This document shows positions 1 through 9,594 of a DNA stretch of 64,000 nucleotides, piece after piece. Both the position numbers and the translations under genes were made by a program. The stretch comes from an uncultured Bacilli bacterium. Its GTDB lineage: Bacteria; Bacillota_I; Bacilli_A; RF39; UBA660. The notes under the pieces were generated by a model. That model did no database searches. It had not been told where the DNA came from and saw nothing but the letters and a program-made list of their open reading frames with translations. The stretch covers positions 1,163-65,162 of the forward strand of contig CAKOIE010000003.1 in NCBI GenBank assembly GCA_934086395.1. Reading direction: 5' to 3'. Position 1 is the stretch's first letter; each line of letters begins with the position of its first letter.

Positions 1-1592
1 TTACTACGAACATTTAAAACACTAAACTGGTCACCTGAGTAAGGAGACAATGTCCAATACCAATTTAATTTATGCAACCAATTATCTATTTTACATTTCA
101 CATTTGTATAATCAAATTGTTGACTTATAGAATTATACTCTATGCCAGCCCTTAAATTTTCTCTACATTCACTATTTGTTGAGGCATATCCATAATCACT
201 TACATAAATTAGTCCAACCTTACCAGTCCATTTAGTAGGGCGACTATTTTGATAGGTTATTGTTCCTCTTTCTTTACTATATTGATCAAGAAGAGGTAAT
301 CCATATGGTAGAGTATTTGGATTATTCCATGCATTTCCACCTATACTCCATACACTTTCACTTATCATATTTTGATAAGTGCCTTTTATAACTTTAGTAT
401 AATCAAATTCTCCTGTTTGGCGAAGTACTGGTTTATTAGCACTTGAATCATAATATGAATTATACCAATTTGTCTTGTTTGAAGTTAGGTTTGTATTTAA
501 ATAATCACCATTTAACTCTTTCATTAAATCAGCCTTTGTCCAATCATTAATTCCATAGTTATTATTTTTAGTAGCATCCCATGAATAATAACCTAGCTGT
601 TCGTCTCTTACTAATTTTAGTTTTTTGCTTGTTACTCCACTAGAATCTTTTATATTAAATACTCCAATTATTCTCCATGTTTCATTATTAAACTCAACAT
701 AATTTCTAGGTTCTGCTCCTGTATATCTTAAGTTTACATCACTTGTATTATCTATAAATAATCCATTTTCATTATTTATATCTTTTTGTTGCAAAGTTGT
801 TACATATTCTACAGCATTTACACCAGTACTTTCAAAATTTACTACTAACTTATTTGGCAATGACGAAATATTATCTACTGTATATGACCATTTTCCAGTT
901 GCATAATTGCAACTGAAACCTACTGTACTATCTTTTAACTCAGTATTATTTTTATAAGCAGTTGATATAGCACTGTAAAAACAAGTTGTAGGTAATTCTT
1001 TTACTTCTACTCCATCTACGTACGCTACTATATCTATATCTTTATTTAAATAATTAATATATTTTATCTGATTTGCTAGTTCTAAATCATTCCATATATA
1101 TCCTGCATTTAAATTAAGTTTTATATAATAATCATTATTACTTTTATTATTTGTTAAGATAGTTAATGACTTAGTTTTACTTGAATTTATAGTTCCACTT
1201 ACTTCACTAGATTCATATTCTTTAGATACACTTATATCACTTGGTATATTATTATTTGTTTCTGTACAATTTTGATTATTACATAATTCATAAGTAAATT
1301 CATACTTAACATCTATTTTATTTAAATTAGTTAATATTATATTAAATTGTTCAATCTTACCTGCTTGTAAATGTAATATTCTATCATTTGTTTCACCACT
1401 ATTTGTTGTTATATTAAATGATAAATCATTAACCTTTATATTAGCAATCTTTTTATTTTGACTACTTGTAAACATCGATAATGAATAACCTAAAGTAAAT
1501 ATAAATAATAGTATAATTCCCATTATAGTTAATATCTTTGCTTGTTTATCTTTTTTTATTAAATTAAAAAATTTGATAAGTTTAGTTTTCAT
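1..1592 (-). CDS. secreted surface protein, paralog of 30818..32542 (3' end outside the window)
   Basis: The minus-strand frame is open from the window edge to the ATG at 1590-1592. It is absent from the ORF track because there is no stop inside the window. Nt ~1080-1660 are almost identical to ~32030-32610, and the remainder aligns with divergence. The N-terminus is the same: TM plus ...LGYSLSMFTSS, a signal-like segment. Confidence 0.8.
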   Translation of the reverse strand, partial: MKTKLIKFFNLIKKDKQAKILTIMGIILLFIFTLGYSLSMFTSSQNKKIANIKVNDLSFNITTNSGETNDRILHLQAGKIEQFNIILTNLNKIDVKYEFTYELCNNQNCTETNNNIPSDISVSKEYESSEVSGTINSSKTKSLTILTNNKSNNDYYIKLNLNAGYIWNDLELANQIKYINYLNKDIDIVAYVDGVEVKELPTTCFYSAISTAYKNNTELKDSTVGFSCNYATGKWSYTVDNISSLPNKLVVNFESTGVNAVEYVTTLQQKDINNENGLFIDNTSDVNLRYTGAEPRNYVEFNNETWRIIGVFNIKDSSGVTSKKLKLVRDEQLGYYSWDATKNNNYGINDWTKADLMKELNGDYLNTNLTSNKTNWYNSYYDSSANKPVLRQTGEFDYTKVIKGTYQNMISESVWSIGGNAWNNPNTLPYGLPLLDQYSKERGTITYQNSRPTKWTGKVGLIYVSDYGYASTNSECRENLRAGIEYNSISQQFDYTNVKCKIDNWLHKLNWYWTLSPYSGDQFSVLNVRS

Positions 1593-1617
1593 ATTTTTAA
1601 GCTCCTATTCTTATCAA

Positions 1618-1645
1618 ATTATATTACTAAAAGCCCCCCCGTCAA
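1618..1645 (-). promoter_or_regulatory. sigma-A-type promoter TTGACG-16-TATAAT with a G7 tract in the spacer
   Basis: The reverse complement reads cgcTTGACGggggggcttttagtaaTATAATttg. The C7 run on the plus strand is 1634-1640. The promoter lies about 25 nt upstream of the RBS/ATG of the 1..1592 gene. Confidence 0.55.
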
Positions 1646-1663
1646 GCGAAAATTTGTTCTATT

Positions 1664-2656
1664 TTACAAATCTATATCCATATATTCTTTATATTTAGGT
1701 ATTAATCCAATATGTTCTTTAGATAAACTTGGTTTAGGTTGAAATACCCCAGGAAAAGAATTTCCTTCAATTATTACTGGTCCATCATTACTAATTGCAA
1801 CATCCCACCCAATATATCTTATACTAGGAACCAATTTAGCTGCTTCTATAACCATATCACAAGCATCTTTATATAAAGGCACTTTAAACCCAATAATCTT
1901 CTTATATGTAATTGGATGTTCTTCATAAATATTATCAGCTTGATCAATAGCTGGAACTATTACAATTCCTCTTTCATTAACAAAAGTATACATCGATCCA
2001 CTAGAAAAATTATCAGTACATCCTCCATTACCTATTTTAAAAACACTATTTAAAACATAAGCATTATTTCCATCATAATAAGTAAATAATCTCAAAGTGT
2101 TAACAGAACCATCATATAACTTATTTATTTCATCATGTTGTTTAATTACCTCTTCAACTAAATTTTGTTTTAATCCCATAATAGCTTTATAAAGTTCATC
2201 TATATTATCATCTACTTCATATTTCATAACTCCTTTACCACCTTCACCATTAATTGGTTTAGCAATAAATTCCTTATGTTTATCCGTAAACTTTTTAAAA
2301 TCATCAAAATTATCAACTTTTAAATAATCCCTTTTAATATAATCTTTAAATTTTTCATTAAATAATACTTTATCATCTAACAAATTAAAATCATTTTTAT
2401 TATTATATTTTCTAATAATCATATTATTTTTAGTTCTAGTTAAATAAGTTTTTCTTTCATCTTTATTAAGTAAATAAAATTCAAACTCTTGATAATCATA
2501 ATAACCAGCACCATATTTAAACCCACAATAAATCATATCTATTAATATAAATAAAGTTAATTTATGTTCTTTTTTAGCTATCTTTTTAGCTATTTTAATC
2601 ATATTCTTATAATCTAATGTTCTTATACATTTAAGTATATATTTTAATTTATTCAT
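1664..2656 (-). CDS. sugar-transfer-associated ATP-grasp family protein
   Basis: 330 aa. The N-terminal segment ...LFILIDMIYCGFKYGAGYYDYQEFEFY... and the C-terminal GWDVAI...GPVIIEGN are typical of the ATP-grasp family linked to polysaccharide loci. Confidence 0.6.
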   Translation of the reverse strand: MNKLKYILKCIRTLDYKNMIKIAKKIAKKEHKLTLFILIDMIYCGFKYGAGYYDYQEFEFYLLNKDERKTYLTRTKNNMIIRKYNNKNDFNLLDDKVLFNEKFKDYIKRDYLKVDNFDDFKKFTDKHKEFIAKPINGEGGKGVMKYEVDDNIDELYKAIMGLKQNLVEEVIKQHDEINKLYDGSVNTLRLFTYYDGNNAYVLNSVFKIGNGGCTDNFSSGSMYTFVNERGIVIVPAIDQADNIYEEHPITYKKIIGFKVPLYKDACDMVIEAAKLVPSIRYIGWDVAISNDGPVIIEGNSFPGVFQPKPSLSKEHIGLIPKYKEYMDIDL

Positions 2657-2689
2657 CTATTCATCACTATTTAATCTTACCATATTACT

Positions 2690-3028
2690 TTAACTAAATA
2701 AAGTTCTAATTATTTTAAGAAAGAAATCAATACTTTTATTAACTCCTTTATCAATCGCAGTGGATATTCCAAGTCCTAAAGAAGAATATTTATTATTATA
2801 TTCTTTAACACTTGTATCAATATAATTATTTATATCAACTTCTTTACCTTCAGCTACATCTTTTTCAAATCTTTCTATTGCTTCTTTAGTTAAATTAGTT
2901 TTACTTTGTAATCTAGATTCATAATATCCTGTTTGATTAGCAAAATACAGCGTTATAAATAATATAACTAACAAATAAAATATTCTTTTAACTTTCTTAT
3001 TAATCTTACTTTTAGGTTTATCTTCCAT
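2690..3028 (-). CDS. small membrane-anchored hypothetical protein
   Basis: 112 aa with a basic N-terminus and one TM. It directly abuts the spoIIP stop. Confidence 0.5.
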   Translation of the reverse strand: MEDKPKSKINKKVKRIFYLLVILFITLYFANQTGYYESRLQSKTNLTKEAIERFEKDVAEGKEVDINNYIDTSVKEYNNKYSSLGLGISTAIDKGVNKSIDFFLKIIRTLFS

Positions 3029-3853
3029 TTAATTATCACTTCCTATCACATTACCAATGATTTCAGCTAATGCTAGCACTGAATTATACACCTCATTAAA
3101 ATTATTATTATTTCCTCCTACTTCTATTAAAAAGACATTACCACTAAAATCTTGATTAAAAATATTTTTTTTAGCATATAGAATATCTCTTGAAAGTCCC
3201 GGATATTTTTCTTTAGTATATTCATTTAATTTAACCATTAATGCTTCATTTTTCTCATATCCATCATAATTCATACCTAACACATACATAATTCTTGCAT
3301 AACTTTTATTATTAATGTTAGCAGTTAATGAAACACTATCTCTATGTAAATCAAGATAATATTTAATTGTAGGATATCTTTCCTTAGTTCGCTCTAACCA
3401 TAACCTACTAGCACTATAAGAATCTTTATAAACCCAACCATGTTCATTTAAAACTGTTTTAATATTTTCATCTTCAACAACTGAATAAATATTATATTTT
3501 TCAAGTTCTTGCTTTAAAATATTTCCTGCCATATATACAGTTGGAGTTATATTATAATTTGCTAAACTACTACTAACATATTCCTCCGTCTGATGCGTAT
3601 TATAAATATAAAGTATTGGTTCTTTCTTAGTATCATTTATTTTATCATTATTTTCTTTATTATCTCCATTATCACTATAAACTTTTTTAATATTCTCAGC
3701 CATTTCTATACCTGAAAATGTACTCTTTAAAATAGTCTCTGGCCCCGATAAATTAAAATTAATTATATCTAAAAAAGATAAATCATTACTATAATTTAAA
3801 GAATCACTTATTAAATTATTAGCAATATCAATATTAGTACCATTTTTAAACAT
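3029..3853 (-). CDS. spoIIP: stage II sporulation protein P (SpoIIP) amidase; the true start is probably further upstream (to 3952)
   Basis: Motifs YIYNTHQTEEY, YLDLHRDS and FLIEVGG. The frame stays open upstream and encodes a TM segment (see findings). Confidence 0.8.
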   Translation of the reverse strand: MFKNGTNIDIANNLISDSLNYSNDLSFLDIINFNLSGPETILKSTFSGIEMAENIKKVYSDNGDNKENNDKINDTKKEPILYIYNTHQTEEYVSSSLANYNITPTVYMAGNILKQELEKYNIYSVVEDENIKTVLNEHGWVYKDSYSASRLWLERTKERYPTIKYYLDLHRDSVSLTANINNKSYARIMYVLGMNYDGYEKNEALMVKLNEYTKEKYPGLSRDILYAKKNIFNQDFSGNVFLIEVGGNNNNFNEVYNSVLALAEIIGNVIGSDN

Positions 3854-4043
3854 TTTTAATGATAATATTAATGATAATAAAATAATTAATAATAAAACAA
3901 TAACTTTAAAACCATAATAATTAACCTTCTTTCTCGCAATAAATCTTTTTATCTAAATCACCTCAAGTCTAATATATAATATTTAAATTAAAATAAATGT
4001 AGAATAAAAGAAAAAGACAAGAATTTTCTTATCTTATTATAAA

Positions 4044-4391
4044 TTATCCCTCAACTAAATCTAGTTTTACTTCAACTAAATTATTATCAATAATACAACC
4101 ACCATTTTTACTTATAAATATATTATTTATAATATTTTCTAATTCTTCTTCACTAGATTTTTGTATTTCTATTAAAAGATTATTATTAGGTTTTATTTTA
4201 TATAAATTATTATCATTATCATAAATAATTTCATAAGTATATAATTTATTATTTAAATTACAATTAAGTGTAACTATTATATTATCATTATTATTATAAC
4301 TATTATTATTTCTAAATCCAATTATTAGAAAAATTAATAATAAAGGTAAACTAACAATAAATAATTTTCCATTTTTCATTTCTACCACCAA
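4044..4391 (-). CDS. hypothetical membrane-anchored protein
   Basis: 115 aa with an N-terminal TM. The start is ambiguous: TTG at 4391 or ATG at 4379. Confidence 0.45.
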   Translation of the reverse strand: MVVEMKNGKLFIVSLPLLLIFLIIGFRNNNSYNNNDNIIVTLNCNLNNKLYTYEIIYDNDNNLYKIKPNNNLLIEIQKSSEEELENIINNIFISKNGGCIIDNNLVEVKLDLVEG

Positions 4392-4451
4392 TTTGTAAAA
4401 TCTATAATATCATATTATTTTTTAATATCAAGAAAAAATAGAGATTTCTCT

Positions 4452-4859
4452 CTATTTTAACTTAATTTCTAATACAGCGTCTACCTTATTTACAACATCA
4501 ACTGATGTTGTATCAGCAAGTATTGTAAAATTCTCAGTTTTTGTTGTAACTTTAACGCTTACCTTAGGTGGTGCTTCATATATATCATAAAATTTAATAT
4601 TATAAGTTTTATTTATATTTACTGTTTCTGAAAATCTTCTTGTAAAGTCTTCAACAAATTTTTCTTTAACGATTCTCATTTCTCCATATTTTCTAAAATG
4701 AGACCAATCAATTGCATCTGCCATAGCAGCTTCTGTTACTTCTCTAATAAGTATTGCATCTTGTTCATTAGTGGTTGTGTAATTATTAAATAACATCATA
4801 ATGGTTATAACAAATAATCCTAAAATTATTAGCCAATAACCCCATAAACTTTCTTTCAT
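4452..4859 (-). CDS. N-terminally anchored small protein (resembles the DUF5411 family from memory)
   Basis: 135 aa, MKESLWGYWLIILGLFVITIMMLFNNYTTTNEQD..EVTEAAMADAIDW. The RBS GGAGG lies 11 nt after the stop of the 1098-aa gene. Confidence 0.55.
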   Translation of the reverse strand: MKESLWGYWLIILGLFVITIMMLFNNYTTTNEQDAILIREVTEAAMADAIDWSHFRKYGEMRIVKEKFVEDFTRRFSETVNINKTYNIKFYDIYEAPPKVSVKVTTKTENFTILADTTSVDVVNKVDAVLEIKLK

Positions 4860-4870
4860 TTATTTACCTC

Positions 4871-7800
4871 CTATGGCCAGTTTTTATATCTTTCTAAGAA
4901 TTGTTTAGGAAATAACGGATCTGGATATTTTCCATCTTCCACATAATCAAGTCCTTTTATACATGTACTTATTGTTCCAATGCAATATCTTCCATCAACA
5001 TAATATTTCCACTTACTTCTTCCACTTGTATCACTAAAGAATGTACTAACAAATGAACTTTCACACTCTTTCATATCACTATTACACTTAAAGCAATATT
5101 GAGAATCTAGATCCTTACTATTAGGAACTATACCCGCACACATATTCATTTCTGAATATTTAAAATATGACTTTGCAGAATTTTTCTTAATTAATTGTAA
5201 ATCTTTGGTTGTTAATGTAACTTCATATTCCAAATAATCTCTCGAAACATCATCATAAATATCATGTTTACCAGTACCAGAGCTATCTGCAAGATATGTA
5301 GCCGCATCACCACTACTATTTTTAGTATTTACTTTCGATGTATTAAGAGCGATATAATCACTTGTTTCACTACTATCAAGTGAAGCAGATCCACTGCCAA
5401 GTTCTATTAAAGCCTTAGCCGCATTTCCCTTATTATCTGACCAATTTGTTTCCCCATCTTTTCTCTCATTAGGAGTAACATCAGAAAGAGATATACTTCG
5501 GTAATAGAACTGAGGTAAATATTCAAATCCTTCACCATCGCCATCACCGCCATCATCCTCACAAGACTCACAAATACGATTAAATGCCATTTCCATATTA
5601 CAATAATTACATGTACTTTCAAAATTAGTAATATTATTATTTCTTATATATGCATCAATTAGTTCTTGAACTTTTTGTTTTCCAGTAGAATAACTAGCAC
5701 CAATATTATTCATTTTAAAACTTGTAGTATACTCCCCAGCATATGATGTAAGTTCTATATTATAAACATATCCAATCTCTAAACCATTAATATCTGTAAC
5801 AGCTGAATTAGATGTATAATTTAAAGTTTTATATTCTCCAGAATTCATTAAAGAAAATGAATTATTTGGTGGTCTATAATAATAAATTTTACTAATCTTT
5901 TCTTCACCCTCAATAACTATATTAGTATCACTTGAACTATAAGGAATCGTTCCATCACTTGCTAATTGCATAGAATTAAAAGATAAATTATCAAAATCAT
6001 ATGAAACACAAGGTTTAGGACTATTAGCAGTAGGTTTACAATTATCATGTTTTCCGTCAGGCCAATTATAATTATCAGTTTCTCCTGTTATAGCATTTTT
6101 AAGAACAACACCTTTATTTTGTCTAGTTGCAGCATCAGAATATGGCTTATTAGCAACTCCAGCAAGACTATTAGCACTAGAACTTGGATTTTTTCCTTGA
6201 GAGTTTAAGCCAGAATAATTAAGACCCAAATAAGATGAGATTCCCGAATTAGATGTTACATTAGGCCAATATTTTACAGCCTCAGTATTATTAACCATAT
6301 TAATAGTATATTCTTTATTTCCCTCAGTTTTAGAATTTTGTTTATAAGTAAAATCTACTTGCGGTACACTATTAAAACTTACTCCTGGATTAGAATATTT
6401 CTTTAAAGCATTAACACATGTTTCACGTTCAGTTTCTTTAGCAAGCCTAGCTGCAATAGCAGATTTATATGCTTGTTGAGTCTGTGGTTCTGTTACTACA
6501 TAAGATTCTTTATATGCTTTAAGTGCTGATTCATAGGCTTCTGTTGCATTTTTTAGATTGTTATTACAAGTTTCACTATCATAACCATCGTCTTCCCACT
6601 CAACTTTTCCATTTTTATATCTATGTTCCCTATAAAATCTACACGATTCATTATCAACTGCACTTTGTGCTTCATCTTTAACTTTTTCAGCTTCAATCTT
6701 AGCATCATATTTTACTTTAACATCTTTAACAGCATCTTGCCAATTATCATATGCATTAATTTCAGCCCAAGCAGCAGCTGTATAATCACTAAGCCATTGT
6801 TTATAATGAAAGAAAAATGTCGATTTAACTCTTTCAACTATAAATGGTTGTCTAAAATATCCATTAACATTATTATAATCATTACTTGTATAGCTATCAA
6901 ACACAAAGAATTGTCCAGATACAGATGCAGCAGTAGCTGGTGTATACATATCAACACTTTCAGTAGTAAAAGTACCACAATAATTATTAACAGTTGAATC
7001 TAAATATTCAGAATATTTACTATCAGTGCCAATAAAACCTCCATTAGAGTTAGCACCTTCATTATCTAAATCTTGCATTAAATATTTCATATTACGCATT
7101 CTAACATAAGAATGATTAAACGCTTTATATGAACTATCTCCATCACAAGAACTCTTTCCACAACTTTGTTCTAAATGAACAATAGGTCCACATTTCTTAA
7201 TATAATCATCTTCCTCTTTAGATCCCTGAACCAATGTAGAAACATCTATGTTAGCACATGTATTAGGAACATCTATATAAATAGAAGCACTACCATTTTG
7301 TTTAAAATCACTACTAATTAATTTTATAAATCTTTGAAAAGGTCCATTAAAATAACTTGAACAATTCCCCATACTTTCATCACATGTATATAATTTAACC
7401 TCATTAATTAACCCATTTCCAGTATTACCTTCAATATTAATATCTACTTTAATTGAATTTTTATTAGCAACATTACCTTTTACGATTATTTTATAATTAT
7501 TAGATCCACTACTATCTTTAGAAATATTACAACTTAATCCATCAGATGAACAACCACTTACAACCACATTTCCACCACTGTTTTGATTAACAATACTTAC
7601 AACTGCTGTAGCATAACCGTTATCCCCATCATAAGTATTACTCAATTTTGTAACCTTAAAACTACCAACATTTCCAGTACTTGATGGAAGATACTTGCTT
7701 TCTTCATCTTTACATGTTCCATCATAAACACAAGTTCCAATCTTAACCATTTTACCTATTGCATCATCTGAATTATAATTAAGCATATTATTTATAATTC

Positions 7801-8167
7801 CATCATTTAATGAACCACTTAGGCTAGCCCCTTTACGATTCTTTTTTAATGTATAAATACGAAACGCATGAGCTTGAGTCATGTTATCAACATTATTAGT
7901 TTTAGCATAATTTGCCATTGCAATTAACCCTTTAGCAAAAGAACCACTTTTAACATTTAAAGTTTCCACACTATTTACATGAGATGGATTATATAAATTT
8001 GCATCAACACATGTAGCAAGTTCTCCTCCAATACGATACTCAAATCCAAGATGAGATGGCTCACTATATGATCCTAATCCACTCATAGTAAAAGATTCAC
8101 TTGTACTTTCAGCATTAGCAACAAAAGGAATAAACATTAAACCTAATAATAAAAACAATTTTTTCAT
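4871..8167 (-). CDS. large Cys-rich secreted protein
   Basis: 1098 aa with a signal peptide MKKLFLLLGLMFIPFVANA, about 27 Cys by my count, a central Ala/Lys/Glu coiled-coil-like segment and an acidic DDGGDGDGEG patch. Its start overlaps the stop of the upstream gene (TAATG). Confidence 0.7.
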   Translation of the reverse strand: MKKLFLLLGLMFIPFVANAESTSESFTMSGLGSYSEPSHLGFEYRIGGELATCVDANLYNPSHVNSVETLNVKSGSFAKGLIAMANYAKTNNVDNMTQAHAFRIYTLKKNRKGASLSGSLNDGIINNMLNYNSDDAIGKMVKIGTCVYDGTCKDEESKYLPSSTGNVGSFKVTKLSNTYDGDNGYATAVVSIVNQNSGGNVVVSGCSSDGLSCNISKDSSGSNNYKIIVKGNVANKNSIKVDINIEGNTGNGLINEVKLYTCDESMGNCSSYFNGPFQRFIKLISSDFKQNGSASIYIDVPNTCANIDVSTLVQGSKEEDDYIKKCGPIVHLEQSCGKSSCDGDSSYKAFNHSYVRMRNMKYLMQDLDNEGANSNGGFIGTDSKYSEYLDSTVNNYCGTFTTESVDMYTPATAASVSGQFFVFDSYTSNDYNNVNGYFRQPFIVERVKSTFFFHYKQWLSDYTAAAWAEINAYDNWQDAVKDVKVKYDAKIEAEKVKDEAQSAVDNESCRFYREHRYKNGKVEWEDDGYDSETCNNNLKNATEAYESALKAYKESYVVTEPQTQQAYKSAIAARLAKETERETCVNALKKYSNPGVSFNSVPQVDFTYKQNSKTEGNKEYTINMVNNTEAVKYWPNVTSNSGISSYLGLNYSGLNSQGKNPSSSANSLAGVANKPYSDAATRQNKGVVLKNAITGETDNYNWPDGKHDNCKPTANSPKPCVSYDFDNLSFNSMQLASDGTIPYSSSDTNIVIEGEEKISKIYYYRPPNNSFSLMNSGEYKTLNYTSNSAVTDINGLEIGYVYNIELTSYAGEYTTSFKMNNIGASYSTGKQKVQELIDAYIRNNNITNFESTCNYCNMEMAFNRICESCEDDGGDGDGEGFEYLPQFYYRSISLSDVTPNERKDGETNWSDNKGNAAKALIELGSGSASLDSSETSDYIALNTSKVNTKNSSGDAATYLADSSGTGKHDIYDDVSRDYLEYEVTLTTKDLQLIKKNSAKSYFKYSEMNMCAGIVPNSKDLDSQYCFKCNSDMKECESSFVSTFFSDTSGRSKWKYYVDGRYCIGTISTCIKGLDYVEDGKYPDPLFPKQFLERYKNWP

Positions 8168-8859
8168 TAAATTTCACTCCTTTTTTTATTAATATAAATC
8201 CAAGTTCCAACACCTGAAATAACTAAAACACATCCACCAGCTATAATATAAATATAATATTTTTGCCAAAAATTCTTCTTAATTTCATTCCCGTTATCAT
8301 CAGTATCAGATTTATTTCCTTTATTTTCCTTAATAGCCTCATCTAAACCAATTCCCATATTATATATTAATTTAGAATTAGTTATAAATTTCTTACATAT
8401 ATTAACTGTCGGATTTTCTTCACATACTTGATAATAATAATTAGGATTTAACATTGGCTTAGTATAATTAATAGTTTTAACCAAATACATATCACAATCA
8501 TTATTATAAACCTCAATTTTATACTTAATAATTCTATTATAATTATAATCTTTAAAAGTATATTTACCATCTTTTACCATTGAATTAATAACGGTTAACT
8601 TATCATTATTATAATCATTGGATATTTGTAAAGAAAAATTATTAGTCAAATTGTAAAGTGAAACTTCAAGCCATAATTTTTCTGCATCAAATTCTTCCCC
8701 ATTCTCATTAACATGAACAACTTCACTTTTTTCTTCATAATCAATTTTAATCGCATTTGCTTCTTTAAGTAAACTAGATTTAGTCTTACTATCACATGTA
8801 TCAGCATAAACACCTAAATATGTAAATAAACTAAACATAAATAACACAATATATTTCAC
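8167..8859 (-). CDS. secreted protein with a C-terminal TM anchor
   Basis: 230 aa with a signal peptide, conserved Cys residues and a C-terminal hydrophobic helix plus KKRSEI. It is translationally coupled to the 1098-aa gene. Confidence 0.6.
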   Translation of the reverse strand: MKYIVLFMFSLFTYLGVYADTCDSKTKSSLLKEANAIKIDYEEKSEVVHVNENGEEFDAEKLWLEVSLYNLTNNFSLQISNDYNNDKLTVINSMVKDGKYTFKDYNYNRIIKYKIEVYNNDCDMYLVKTINYTKPMLNPNYYYQVCEENPTVNICKKFITNSKLIYNMGIGLDEAIKENKGNKSDTDDNGNEIKKNFWQKYYIYIIAGGCVLVISGVGTWIYINKKRSEI

Positions 8860-8958
8860 TTAATCACTCTCTATCCTTTAACAAGTATATCATACAAATT
8901 ATATAATTTTCAACAGACTCATATTTATTTTTTATTAAAAATAAGATAAAATTAACAT

Positions 8959-9585
8959 GTGATTAAAATGAATTATAAAAATATCTTAAAAACTTTTTTT
9001 ACTTATTTTATATGTATTGTCTTAATGGATTTTTTAACTAACACATATAAGAATAACGTTTTATTATATACAATCTCACAATTAATATTTTTAACTATAA
9101 CTTTATTTATAATATTAAAAATAAATAAAATAAAACTTAAATCTATTAAGAAACTATCAAAAAAAGATTATCTTACAACCATTATAATCTTTTCTATATT
9201 TACCACATTAACTTTATTATCTACTTATATTATTAATAAATTCATTTCTATACCTTTAAATGAAGAATTAATAAGAAAAGAATTTATTAAATATCCTATT
9301 TTATCTATAATAAGTTCTTGTTTAATTACTCCAATTATTGAAGAACTACTATTTAGATATAATTTTAAAGATATCAAAAATAAATATTTATACATAATAA
9401 TTACAACAATATTTTTTAGCTTATTACACCTTAGTTCATTAAATGAAATATTATATCTTATTCCCTACTCATTTATGGGAATTATGTTTAGTTATTCTTA
9501 CATTAAAACTAATAATTTATTATCACCAATTATATGCCATATATTATACAACATTATAAATGTTATTATATTATTTTATTTTTAG
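8959..9585 (+). CDS. CPBP family intramembrane glutamic endopeptidase (CAAX protease-like)
   Basis: Motifs PIIEELLFRY, FSLLHL and HILYN in a polytopic membrane protein. Confidence 0.8.
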   Translation: MIKMNYKNILKTFFTYFICIVLMDFLTNTYKNNVLLYTISQLIFLTITLFIILKINKIKLKSIKKLSKKDYLTTIIIFSIFTTLTLLSTYIINKFISIPLNEELIRKEFIKYPILSIISSCLITPIIEELLFRYNFKDIKNKYLYIIITTIFFSLLHLSSLNEILYLIPYSFMGIMFSYSYIKTNNLLSPIICHILYNIINVIILFYF

Positions 9586-9594
9586 GAGAGTCAT

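Noticed and set aside
5407-6997. Short embedded track ORFs lying inside longer, well-supported genes. Most are antisense; some are same-strand in another frame. The set is 5407..5622, 6623..6997, 12492..12692, 13663..13872, 16369..16620, 17922..18131, 22109..22447, 23656..23844, 24127..24333, 32651..32845, 35903..36157, 37549..37737, 40659..40904, 47974..48267, 50132..50317, 54266..54559, 55160..55432, 58341..58550, 59213..59434, 60861..61064 and 63506..63688. ORF 49723..49926 is a related case: it runs across the orphan repeat and promoter.
   Set aside because: All lie inside or across longer, motif-supported genes or RNA elements. They have low-complexity Ile/Leu/Phe/Ser-rich translations typical of alternative reading frames in AT-rich coding DNA, and they lack RBSs.
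7850-8020. A possible thioester (TED) adhesin domain in the 1098-aa protein (ELATCVD ... MTQAHAFRIY resembles the Cys and TQxA(I/V)W motifs).
   Set aside because: The Cys and Gln are only ~45 residues apart, versus ~150 or more in known TEDs as I recall them. The Gln motif also has an extra residue (TQAHAF). This is too weak to call without a profile search.
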